From contig OZ076409.1 of assembly GCA_964187785.1 (NCBI GenBank), positions 70,124,001-70,188,000 of the forward strand: 64,000 nt of DNA. The letters are read 5' to 3'. The translations under genes and the position numbers were made by a program. Every line of letters begins with the position of its first letter. Positions within the stretch are counted from its first letter, which is position 1. Below, piece by piece: positions 51,859-64,000 of this stretch. Under the pieces are notes generated by a model. The model saw nothing but the letters and a program-made list of their open reading frames with translations, was not told the origin of the DNA and searched no databases. This DNA is from Amphiscolops sp. MND2022 (taxonomy: Eukaryota).

Positions 51859-54800
51859 TATGATATTCTCGGTCTATACGGTAAAAAGGTTCTCTATTCT
51901 AGAAGAGTAAACTGTATCTTCTTTATCAACTAAACTTCAGTAGCTATCTCAAGTATAATGATCAGTATCTATGGTACAACACAATAACACAAATTGACAG
52001 CATCTAGAGTTCTATGTTAGTAAACAATAATGGTCTCTCTGTCTAGATCCGTTTGTTACGGTAGTTGTGAAGGTCGTAGTATTGACATTATGTCACACTC
52101 CCCCTTCTTCGGAATAGTCCGGTGAGGGTTTGCTGCATCCTTCTGTATAACCGTATGAAACGGATTTCTTCACTGTTTTTCCGTGTTCAACGGTTGTTTT
52201 CTTCTTCATTTCTCTCCGCAGTTTCCGTTGCTGTTTCTTGTAACGAATTACGGTTATCAGTTAGTTCTTTCTTGTTGTTATTTGTATAATATGGTACTCC
52301 GCCTAGTTTTTCGGTTTTTCTTACAAATAGTAGTGTATTAAATCTTCTGACCGATTCTGTTGATTTTTCTTTTTTATTTTCCCCTTTATATCTACCTTGT
52401 TCCGGTGTCAAGTTGGTTTCTTTTGGAAGGAGTTGGAGCTCGTCGTCAATGTTTGTTTGTACTGGTTTGCCTTCTGACTTGTTGTAGCATTCAAAGTCGT
52501 TGTCGTCTGATATAATGCTAAAGTTTAAGTCGGCGTTGTTGGCATTTTTGTTTGGTGACGTAAACTGTCCTCTGTCATTACAGTGCACAGGCAAGCTTAT
52601 TTGCTGCTTTTCGTGGAATCCAGGACACGAAAATTGAGAAAAGTCGCGGAATCCAGGACAAAATTTCTCTTTGATGTTAAGCGTGTCTTGGATTCCACGA
52701 CAGTGCTTGTCCTGGATTCCACGCCAATACTGCTGCTATAATGACACTTTTGCCGCTGCTCTCTGATTGGTCCGCTGATTTTGAGTAATCATTTTGGGAA
52801 AGGTAGAAAAATTTAAATTAATTCAATTTTATATCAATGGAATTTGTTTTGATTGACACGAAAAGTCCCAAAGTACGAATAGAGATACTCATGACTGGTA
52901 CCAAAATTAAAGCATGTCATCAAATAATGGCAGATTGTGATGATCTGTCAGTTTGTTCAAAACTGGTACTAAACTTAAAAATACGAATATTTGTAAAATA
53001 TATTATTCATTTTGCATGATCAGTTTTAGAAAGGCAGAAGAACTTATATTAAATCAATTTTACATCGAAGGAAATTGTTTTGATTGACACGAAAAATTTT
53101 AAAAGTACGAACAGAGATACTCATGACTGGTGCCAAAATTAAAGCATGTCATCAAATAATGGCAGATTGTGATGATCTGGCAGTTTGTTCAAAACTGGAA
53201 TAAACTGTGAAAAATACGAATTGTTGTGTAAACCACCTACATATCTTAAACGGTAAGAAAACAACTACCAAAAGGGGTACGTCAAAATTTAAAATCGAAT
53301 ATACCGAGCCATACAACAAAAAAGCTAATCTTTCCATTTGCAAATCAATCTAGTTCCAACATATTGGCTGTAACAGCACTGAAAGTTAGTAATTTGATTA
53401 CGAATATTTTGTGTGATATTGGTGTGTTTGTCTGAATCATTTTGAAATAATATACAAAATGTAGTGCATAATATTATGTTTGTTCAGTCTTCCACTTGAA
53501 TTTAATTAAAGAAGAGATGCCACGTATCGCGTCAAGCATAAAGTCGTGGAATACAGGAAATTTATGATTTCTGCAATCTGATTGGTTCATTTTGCAAAAC
53601 TTACGTTTTTGTGGAATCCGCTGCATGCCGACAGTGCGTACAGCTAAGCATTTGTTACTGGAATCCAAGACGGAATCCGTGGAATCCGGGACAAATGACG
53701 TAATTTGACAATTTTGCACGGTTAATTGTATGGTCGCGGAATCCGAGATAATGAAAGCACAATGTTGCGCTTTGAGCACATAAGGCTTGCCTGTGCACTT
53801 TAATGGTTGTTTCTGGGTTGCTTTTTCTTCTTCAAACAGTCTCCGCTCCTCTCGTAGTTTGTTATAGCTTTTGGTGCTTCTTTACTGCTGTAGATGCAGG
53901 GGTATCCGCCAGTGTTCACAATGTCCAAAGTTTTGGAGCAAATCGGCTGATCTGCAGCATTTTGGCGGGTGTTTATCTTTTTTGTCGATGTTGTAGTAGT
54001 TTGCTGAAAAAGCAACGGGTTGGAAATTAATTTGTTTGCGTATCGTTTTGTTTTTGTCCGTGGTTACGGTGTGTTTCGTTCCCGATACGGCGGTTTGTAT
54101 TTTATTCTTGAATTTACTTTCCATGGATCTTTTCTGTAGTTTTTTTTTCTTTTCGTAAAATCGAAAAGGATATTCAAATTTATTCGTACTTACCGAACTA
54201 TTCGGTTTCGTTGTTTGCGAGAATGTCAACCCACGCTTGTATTTTGGTTTTGCCATCTTTTTCTTTGACATTACCAAATGGTCCGTGATTTGTCTGGCTG
54301 AGTTTCGGGTGATGTACACCCAGAGGTCTTTGGTATCCACTGAAATAGAATTTCTCAGGTTGGATAGTTTAGTTCTGGGTGTCCGTTCAAAATGTAGTTC
54401 AAACGGAGTTTTCTTGGTATCCGAGTGTATTGTGAATCTTAAGACATGTAGAGCTCTGTTAACACTTTCACGGAGAATTTGGTCGTCTTCTAAGTTCACC
54501 AGTATCAAGTTCTTTATTGATTGGATAGTTTGTTCGACCAATCCGGTGCCGGTATGTAAGTTTGCCGTTCCGTATACGCGCTCTATATTTTGTGATTTAC
54601 AATTTTTTAAAGTTCTTTAGAGATAAGGGCGCCGCCTTTATCCGATTTTATTTGTTTCGTTACTCCGTATACATTTATGTAATCAATAAGAAAAGAAGTT
54701 ACGGTTTCGTGGTTTGTATTTTTGCATATTCTTGCTACTGTGACTGTTCTTGTCGACCGCAACTATTATGAGCGGATTGGTTGATAGTTTTTATTGTGCA

Positions 54801-57800
54801 AGTTCCCGGTGAAATCTATTTGGATTTCTTCGCGCGGTGTTTTTGGCGGTTCGACTTTTGATTTTTCAGTTTGTGGTATTTGAAGTTTTAAATTCTTCCC
54901 AGAGTTGAGGCACGCTGAACAGGTTTTTGAATTCCTGTCAATATATTCCCCATATTCGGCCACCAGAATATCGCTTCGTCGCTGCACATTTTGTTTATTC
55001 CGGGGTGACCGGAATGTAGTGCATTTAGGGCTGCGTGTCGTAGTGACTTTGATACCACAATGCCCCATTATGATGCCCCAGCGGTGGGTTAATTTTTCGG
55101 CTACGATTCTGTAGTGGTGCGGGCTTTGTTTCGTGTTGTTGTCTTCGATACAGCAGTTCAGCTCGATGAGATCAGGGTCGGCAATTGTTTCTTTAATTAT
55201 TGTTTCCAAGTCTAGCATGAAACCCAATTCTGCTGATCTGACATTGTCCTCTGGTTGTTTAGTGCGTTTTGCTTTCTCTTCATCTACGCGGTTGGTCCTC
55301 ACATAATGTACGGCAATTTCTTCGATTGATCCGTTTCTGCATTCTTGCACCGGTATTGATGGGTATCTTCTGTGTTCATGTGTCGATACCGCTTCTTCGG
55401 AGTTGTTTGAGGTGGTTGATTGTGTGTCCCCATTGATCTCGTTTTCTCGAAGCGGCTCATTTCTTTCAGTTTGTTGTTGCTGTTCTGTGGTTTGTCTCTG
55501 CGGTATTTCATCACCGAATTTTTGGAAATATCCTTCGCCAATGAGGGACTCCCTATTTTTTCTACTTAGTTGAATGCCGATTCGTTTGATTTCTCTTCAT
55601 TCATTTTCTTCGGGTCTTCTTCGTTTGCAAATTTCCCGGCCCAAGTTTTTACTCCAATGTGGTCTCATTGCGCCTGGTCTCGCCAATTCCACTCTCCTTC
55701 TCACTAGTTCCGCAGTTTCGGGTGATTTGTCTCTTTTGTTTACGATGGTTATAATATCATCATCTGCACACCAAAGTGGCGTAATTTTGCGTCGGTTCGG
55801 AAGAAACGTGCGTTATTTTTGTTGTTATTCGCTTTTGAATGGTCGTTTTTGAGTAAGTGCTGTTGTATGCGGTAATTTGAATCAATATGGTTTTTGTTTG
55901 CTTGATAGCGTCGCGTATCAATTAGCGAGCGCGTATCATGCATGTTTGCTTCATTGGACGTATCCGCGCCGTTTAATTGGTCAAAAATCCGTCCTATTTG
56001 GGCGTTTGCTGTTGCTAATTGCGCGCGAAGGCTTTGATAACAAATTCTTCTTCGTGGTTTTCTTCCGGTTCCTGATTTTTGGTAGGGTTTCGGCTAATGA
56101 GTTCCGTGAACTTATATTCTTTGCCGGCAGTGTGTTTTAGGCAGTTGTCAAAATGATTCAATCTATCTAGCTATCAAGTTAGCCGTTCACTGTATTGTTT
56201 ATTCTTTTTGCTTCGTTTTAAAAGGGCCTCTAGTACTTGGGTGTCCGAGATTAGTTGAACTTGTTTACCGTATAAGTGAAATCAGAATCTTTCCAAACCC
56301 CAGACAATGGCTAATAATTCTAATTCTCCGATGGAATATTCTTTCCGGCGCCGTTTAAGTAGCGGCTGGCAAAGGCTATTGGTTTTAATTCTCCACTTCC
56401 CTGCTTTTGCCATAATGCTACTCCTCAGCCGCTTTTGCACGCATCTGTAGTAACGATGTTATCCTTGTTACCGTTGTAGTGTGCCAGGCAGGGTAGTGTT
56501 AGTTGTTAGTTCTTGCTTTGTTTTGCTGAAGTCTGAATTTTGGTCGGTCTTCCATTCCCACTTCGTCCCTTTCTTGAGTAGTTGTCTCATGTTGTCTGTT
56601 TTCTCGCACAAGTTCGGTATAAATTTTGCAAAATATTGTATGGCTCCAAGAAAAACTTTTGTGTTTTGTTGTTAGTTGGTGGTTCTAATTTACTTATCGC
56701 ATCAGTTTTTTTTTGTTTGGCCAGATTCCGTCTTGCAACAATTTATGTCCAAACCATATTGTTTCTTTTTGGTAAAATTTTGATTTTTTTTCTTGCTTGC
56801 TCTGTATCCCTCGTTTTCTAGTTTTGTAAGTACCGATTATAATGTTCGAGTGTGTTCTTCTTTTGTTCCGCGTGTGGCCACTATAATGTCGTCCAAACAA
56901 ACCGGTAATTGATGGCCCAATGTTCTTGGAAGATTGTTGATTTATCGGCCGGCCCATAAAACACTTTTAGGAATCGGTAAAATCACCGTTAATTGTTTCG
57001 CCTGTTATCGCAAAGTTACAGTGTTTACTGGTTTCGGGTGCCAGTTTCATCTGTCCGTATGCATAGCCGAGATCTATTACGAATACCCCGATTGGGTTAC
57101 GGTCATTCTTGGATAGTTCGGCAGATTTTTGGTTCAGTAATGCGTCCATCTTTGGCATGTTTGGTCTTTTCTTCACACAGCTGTCGTTGAGATTTTGGGC
57201 GTCCAATGCGATTTTCACTGTCTTGTCTTTTTTCACTGTAATTACTACGGGTGTTACGAAACACTCTTCCCCGACTGTTTGTAATCGTTCGAGATGTCCG
57301 CATTTTATAAATCGGTCTAGTTAGTTTTTTACATCTTTTTGTAAATGGTACGGTATCGGTCTGGCTTTTTGATGGATTGGGTAACATCCTGGTTTTATTT
57401 GTATGGTTTGTTTCAAATAATTTGCTGAATTTCGTGTGCATGGCATCCGATTGGTTGATGGGTTCGTCCAATCGGATTATGTTAAAAGTGATTGGTAATT
57501 GCTTCAGCCAATTCACACCTAGTAATGGTGTGATGTTGCTTCTTTGTGTGATCAGGATTGGTAATTTTGTTGTTTTTCCTTTGTATTCGATATCAGCCCA
57601 TATTTGCCCGAGGAATTTAATTTCGATTTTGTTCAAGTCTTGATATTTTTTTAAAACGGTTGGATATCTTTTTGGTTGTAAAATTCTGGCTTGCTTGGCA
57701 TTTTTGTGACCCGAGAACCGGTGTTGATGGTGAAATTTTGATATTTGCCGTTGATTTTCAGTTTGATCCCATAGTTGTCAATTTCGTCTGGTAGTACTCG

Positions 57801-58973
57801 TTAATTTGCGTGATTTGTTGTATTTCTTCCGGTTCACGTTCTTCCTCTTCGTTGTATGTTTCTGCGAGTTAATTAGTTTTGTGTTTTCTTCTACTATCGG
57901 TTTTGTTGCGGCACACTCTCGCGAAGTGTCACATTTTGTGGCAGTTGTTACATTCTACCGTTCTTGCCGGGTATTTATGTGAGGGTGACCAGTTTTGCTA
58001 TCCGCAAAATCCACAGTTATTGTTTTTCGTTGCTGTTTCGGCTTTTTTCCAGTTGTTTTGTTTGTTTCGCGATTGTATTTTTTGTATCGGTTCTTCTTTT
58101 TTCTTTTTCTTTCGCAAGTCCTGGTGGTATTGTTGATTGTTCATGTCTTCTTTCATAGCTGTCTTGGGTTACCTGATTCATTGTGGTTTTCTGATTTGAT
58201 GTCTTTTCGCGGATGAGTTTTTCCCGTAGTTTTTAGTCGGTTATACTGGTAATGATTTTTGATATTAATAGATCTTCTTGTTTGATGTCTTTGAATTCGC
58301 AGTTCTTTTCTAGGGATAGTAATTTTCGCCAGTGTTCTTCCGGTTTCTCATTTTTTTCTTGTTTCGCCCAGAAGAAATCTCCTCGGTTGTGGTAGGTGTT
58401 TCGTTTTGGCATGTAAAATTCTTTGAATAGTTAGATGCGTTTTTCTGTATTGATGGTATCGGGATCTGTGGTAAATTCTCCTTTGGTAATGGTTTCTGTT
58501 GCCAAGGGTCCCGCTCCCCAGATGAAATCTTGTCTTATCTCGGGTTCTTTGTCGTCCATTCATTGCTTGTTGGTTTTGTTTCCCCGGATAAAGCCGGTTT
58601 TCTATCGATGTTGTAAATTCGTTTTATGTAGTGTCGTAATTGTTCGGTCCATTCTTTAGGGGTGTACAAATTTTTTTACCGTCGAGTCCGGTGTCTTCGA
58701 GGTACGGTAGCAGCATATCATTCTTGGTTGTCGTCATGTGATATTCTCGGTCTATACGGTAAAAAGGTTCTCTATTCTAGAAGAGTAAACTGTATCTTCT
58801 TAATCATCTAAACTTCAGTATCTATCTCAAGTATAATGATCAGTATCTATGGTACAACACAATAACACAAATTGACAGCATTTAGAGTTTTAGGTTAGTA
58901 AACAATAATGGTCTCTGTCTAGATCCGTATGTTACGGTAATTGTGAAGGTCGTATTATTGGCATGATGTCACA
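51859..58973 (-). mobile_element. Second Gypsy (Mag-like) LTR retrotransposon, more decayed
   Basis: LTRs 51859-52097 and 58737-58973 (about 12 substitutions plus a 2-bp indel), 5-bp TSD ACATA, PPT GAAGAAGGGGGAG, PBS-like TGACGACAACC. Remnants CGFCG..H / CNNCHKM*HFARVC, INTGS, CLDDII, TTDACKSG, CSAC..IDFTG. Confidence 0.93.
52581..53800. mobile_element. Tc1/mariner-type non-autonomous element nested in LTR element 2
   Basis: TA|CAGTGCACAGGCAAGC ... GCTTGCCTGTGCACTT|TA, subterminal GGAATCC/GGATTCC repeats, internal ~160-bp direct repeat (about 52838 and 53070). Confidence 0.75.
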
Positions 58974-59466
58974 ACATAAATACTAGTTAAAGACATCATA
59001 AAATAAAACAAACGTATCATTTTATTGTAGAATTGTTTTGTACAATAATACTTGTGAAGAAGTATAGATAGCATTCCCAGACAAACGTATTGAACTTTTG
59101 ATTTCGTGCTACCATTCCCAGCTGAGACTATTAACACTTTTTACATGCTGTCGCCCTTTCAAAAAACATAGAAACCTTAGTATGCTTACGGTGGCAAACT
59201 TAATAGAACTGCAGTGCTCTTACCACTATTGAAACTTGAAAAAGAAAACACTTCTCACTTCGTTACCGATAGGATTTCGTTGTATTCTGTGACAGATGGT
59301 GACAAATCTAGGTTTGTCGCTTTTGCTTTGAAGGGCAAACCGACAACTTAGTATCTGTTAACACATCCTTAGTTTGGAAAGGCTTGCACAGTTTTTGTAC
59401 GTTGCATGTTATTGAAAGTCAGAATAAATTATTGCAAAGCGTTCTCTTCTTCATTGTTATCCATTA

Positions 59467-61152
59467 CCTTAGTTTTTCAGAATCACAAATTTTGCAAAAT
59501 TCGTCCTAAATTCTTACCAATTATGCATTTCTTACAAGAATCTTACAAGTTTGTACAAAAATCGCAAATTTTGCAAGTTTGTTACAGCGTTGAACATTTT
59601 TTACAAGAGTCGGAAAAAAATTTTTCCAAAATTTGTATCTATTTGTAAGATATTCTTACAAAAAATGCGATGTGAAATATATCGACCGAAAATTCGTTCA
59701 AGATTTTCTGGACCCATTTTGTGTCTTTTTTTAATAACATCTGAATTAAAAGTCTTTATCTATAACAGGGTTACCTTAATGACCCGGGTAGCATCAAGGA
59801 CGTTTTTCGGCACCGCGTTTCTCGAAGCCGCTTGGAGGTAGGATTTTGGGTTTAGAGTTTGGGTTAGATTGTCATAAATTTTAGATGAAAATGGTCCAAA
59901 TTTTGTATTTTGTCGTAAATTTTAAATGAAAATCGTCTATATTTTAAATTTTGGTTGGAATAGGATCCAAAATCACCGTATTTTGGTGAAAAAACGTCTA
60001 AAATTGATCTTTTGGGAAAAACGTCTAAAATCACTGTATTTTGGAAGAATAATATCTAAAATAAGAAGCCCTTCTGATTTAATACGGTCGCGATTGGTGA
60101 GCGAAGACTCGAAAACGTTGTTTTTTGATTCGAAAAATTTTGTTTTTTGTTGGACCTCAAGTTTGATCTGACTTAAATGTCGGTGTTTTTTGTGTTTCCA
60201 TGTTATGTTTCTTTGAGGGATTTTCTATGGAAAAACCCGTTTATAGCGCTATGAGATTGTACTGTTTCTTACTGGGCTAGCGGAGACTAAGATATGGGTT
60301 TTTATGAGCTCTTGATTACATTTTTGGTGTACCTGAAAAATGTTCCTACTTCGTTAGAACCTTTCTTTCAAGTTTTATGTATCTCACGGTGCTTTTTTCA
60401 CTGCAAATACCTTTCAGGAAGCCGTATGTAGCCCTGTTAGAGTCGACAACTTCTCAATTGGCTAGCGACGACTGAAGAATGTGAAGTTAATGAGATGTTG
60501 ATTCGTTTTTTTGGATCCTCAAACTGGTTCTTTCTTATTCCCTCTATGATCTTTGATCTCCCTCGCGTTTTTTTTTCTTATAATCTCAATGGTGTTCAAT
60601 TCTCTGTTCTTTTAATTTTGATTTTTGGTGTTTTACATAATTTTCTTTGGTATTTTTAATTGTCTTTAACATATTTTTTTTTGGGATTTTTAATTGTATT
60701 TTTCTTCTTTTGCAGCCGTTTTAGAGAAATGGTATGAGCGAGAAACAGTTTGAGAAACAAGAAACTATTAAATAGAATAGCGTCTAAAATCACCGTATTT
60801 TGGTAGAATAAGGTCCAAAAACACTATTTCACTGGAATAAAGTCTAAAATCACTTTTTGAGAGATATATAGGATCTTTTTGTTGCGAATGGCTAAGGCTG
60901 AGAATTTGGAAAAGGTATCATTCATCGCCCGCGTAAATTTTTCTGATTAGGAACGACTTTTTTCAGAATCTTCTTTAGTGGAACGATGCAAACTTTGAAA
61001 AATTTTTGTAAAATTTATGCATTTTTGTACCATTTTTAGCTGAAAATCGCAAATTTTGCAAGAATCTTGTAAGAGTTAGTGTCAAATAATGCATTTTCTT
61101 ACACGAGTTTTTGTAAGAATTTTGCAAAAGACAAGAATTTTTTCAACTAGGG
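59467..61152. mobile_element. Older CACTA-like foldback (TCTTGCAAGA family) with nested repeat
   Basis: TA|CCTTAGTT ... AACTAGGG|TA with degenerate TCTTACAAGA arrays at both ends; internal AATAGGATCCAAAATCAC repeats related to 29050-29150. Confidence 0.5.
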
Positions 61153-61714
61153 TACATCAGTATACAACATAATGCAGTCAAAACCTATGGAGAATACAAA
61201 AATATCCCTAAGCACAAGCTCCTCTAATGGAAAATTTCTGGAAGAGATAACACAAAAAGCAAAATAAAACGAACGAAAAAACCACATTATTCGCATTTCA
61301 CAAACATGGGACCCAGGAGGCGAAGTTAAAGAGGCGAAGGTTCACACAAAAAATCAAGTTGACACAGCATATTGAGCTAAACCAGATGACAGCAGACAAG
61401 GAATTTAAAACACTTGTGCAGTCTACTTTTAGTTTAAAAGCACTGACTGCCGTAATAGCATTTCTTTTTCAAAAACCAGCAAACTGACAAAATACATAAA
61501 AATTTCTAAAACTTCCCTTTATGCCGTGTTCGTGCCACTCGACCTAGTGTATGAAAACGTGGTTGTAAAGCATGTGTAATTGTTTTGTGCGTTTTCCAAG
61601 AGTTAGCAAGGTCAAGTTTCTTCGAGAATAAGCGTCTTATTTACAAAAATTTTTTCTTGACTAACAGTGCCACTTTTTCATTATTGCTGTTTTCGGTTCT
61701 GAAACTTTAATTTT

Positions 61715-62813
61715 CTTTTTTTGAATTTTTCATTCAATTTTTGGGCTTTTGTAGTTCCCTATTGAATAGAAAGCGGTTTTCGGGGATTTTGGCACTGTAA
61801 GATTGATGAACATTTTCGTATTCATTCCAAAAAATGCATGCTTAGAATTTTTTTGGGTTTTTGAGCCTTTCGAGGCGACGATATGGAAACCCATGTTCTC
61901 GCATTGTTTTGCTTGAAGAGTATTGTGATGAATTTTCTAAAAAACATTTTGCGGAATGTTGCTTTGTACTTTTCTCCGCGTCAATAAACATTGTCCTAAA
62001 AGAGGCTAACCAATTGACAGCATTTGACAGCAATTGACAACTAATTGACAGCAAGTCACTCCAAATCATTATTAATGACGTCATTTGAATACTTCCTACT
62101 AGTTCGAGCGTAAATATGCTGGTCTTAACTGCAATGCTATTGGTCCGTGAAATTAGAAAATGCAAATCACTGGTCCCAGTCTAAGCCGCGTCCAATACGT
62201 TGTTGATATTTAATTAGATTACGCACTTGTAATTTGAATAGATTTTGACAGCTCCTTCAACCACTTTTTTTTGAATTTTTCATTCAATTTTTGGGCTTTT
62301 GTAGTTCCCTATTGAATAGAAAGCGGTTTCAGGGATTTTGGCACTGTAAGATTGATGAACATTTTCGTATTCATTCCAAAAAATGCATGCTTAGAATTTT
62401 TTTGGGTTTTTGAGCCTTTCGAGGCAACGATATGGAAACCCATGTTCATGACTTGTTTTGCTTGAAGAGTATTGTGATGAATGTTCTAAAAAAGATTTTG
62501 CGGAATGTTACTTTGTACTTTTCTCCGCGTCAATAAACATTGTCCTAAAAAAGGCTAACCAATTGACAGCATTTGACAGCAATTGACAACTAATTGACAG
62601 CAAGTCACTCCAAATCATTTTTAATGACGTCATTTGAATACTTCCTACTAGTTCGAGCGTAAATATGCTGGTCTTAACTGCAATGCTATTGGTCCGTAAA
62701 ATTAGAAAATGCAAATCACTGGTCCCAGTCTAAGCCGCGTCCATTACGTTGTTGATATTTAATTAGATTACGCACATATAATTTGAATAGATTTTGACAG
62801 CTCCTTCAAGCAC
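61715..62813. repeat. Near-identical tandem duplication, ~549-bp unit
   Basis: 61715-62263 is repeated at 62264-62813 with few substitutions; explains the twin ORFs at 61842 and 62508. Confidence 0.9.
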
Positions 62814-64000
62814 TATTGGGCCATTTCTATTGTGTTTTGTATTTTTCCTTTTTAGAGTTGACAAGGTTATCCGTTGGGATCACGGACTCAAATATTGATC
62901 TCTTCTGTTTTGTTTTTCAGGGTGGAAAAGAACTAATCTTATTTCAATTGTGTTTTTTCAATCGTTTAGACTGATATGGAAAACGGTGCTGAGGTCGGAA
63001 ATAAAATGTTTTAAGCGTGAATCAAAAGACCAGAAGTTTCTATCTTCTCAGAAATCATTTTTTGGGTTCTTACGTAACGGTTACGTTTGGTGATAAAATA
63101 CTTCCGCCTTAGCAATTTGTCGTGATGTAACTTAGGAAAAACAAGGTAAGAAATTTACTTATTTACTTTCTCAAAGCTCCATGGCCGAGTCCAGTGGCAA
63201 TTTTATGTATTCCTTCTTAGCAGGTGTACCGCCGACCGGTAGCGGGTCGTGACAATGAACACCTTGAGCATATTTTCAAAATGTTTCGCTTTTTGAGCCT
63301 TAGGTATAGCGCCAACTTAAGACGTTCCCTGTTGTTGTTTTGAAAATGATTTACCGTGACCTCATGTGGTTCGAAACGAGCATTCTTCGCCAGCCTTGCC
63401 ACAGTACCTAAGCACCTAAGTTTTTCCTCTGCTCTGTAGACGTAATGGACAGAAATGGGGAGCGGGGTACGTCTGAGGAGAAACATCTAAATACAAAACG
63501 GTAAAAACATTGCAAAATCGCCAAAGTTTTAGGCAATAATAAAACTTTTAGACGTTATTCCCGTTCTCAAAATTAGACAATTGAAAGAGAAAAAATCAAA
63601 ATTTGAAACTGTTCAGACCAATGGCTTTGAAACAACAGAGGATTGTCGCAGGGGTACCAATGCCTACGTTTTTTGCCTCCGGATTTTGAAATCTTTCTAA
63701 TGCTGGAAAAGTCTACCTCTGGGTTTGAATTTTTTGTAATATTAGATGAAATACAGAGAAGCATCTGGCGGAAAAACATCTAAAAATTTGGCATGATCAA
63801 CTTCGGAAAGCCGGAAAAGGTATAAAAATGACTTGAAGAAGATCTAAAATGTTACGAGACTCTATGCTTAATGCCATATCGCGTGAATGTCAGAATAGTT
63901 TAAAGACTTTCCCCGATTGTACGTTACATGCTGTGAATGTACGCTCGCCCTCACAGTGGCAAAAACCAGCTCATACTGCAATCACATTCGCGATCTTCGT

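Overview
AT-rich eukaryotic (invertebrate animal-like) genomic DNA, dominated by transposon-derived sequence; most ORFs in the six-frame track are spurious. I could assemble three spliced host genes by hand: a calaxin/NCS-like EF-hand protein (+, 12918-15490), FAIM (+, 27419-38766, 4 exons) and a PAP2/PLPP lipid phosphate phosphatase (-, 50904-39098, 4 exons) converging tail-to-tail on FAIM. The best-fitting first introns of both FAIM and PLPP begin with non-GT donors (GC and possibly GG). Mobile DNA includes two decayed full-length Gypsy (Mag-like) LTR retrotransposons, a 1.6-kb solo LTR carrying an ORF, a 3' CR1/L2-type LINE fragment, two non-autonomous families with Helentron/DINE-1-like architecture (one copy carries a tRNA-like Pol III cassette), CCC...GGG CACTA-like foldback MITEs, piggyBac-, Tc1- and MULE-like MITEs, long perfect palindromes, a degenerate ~185-bp satellite and a 549-bp tandem duplication. 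All family assignments come from motif recognition by eye; no database search was run.
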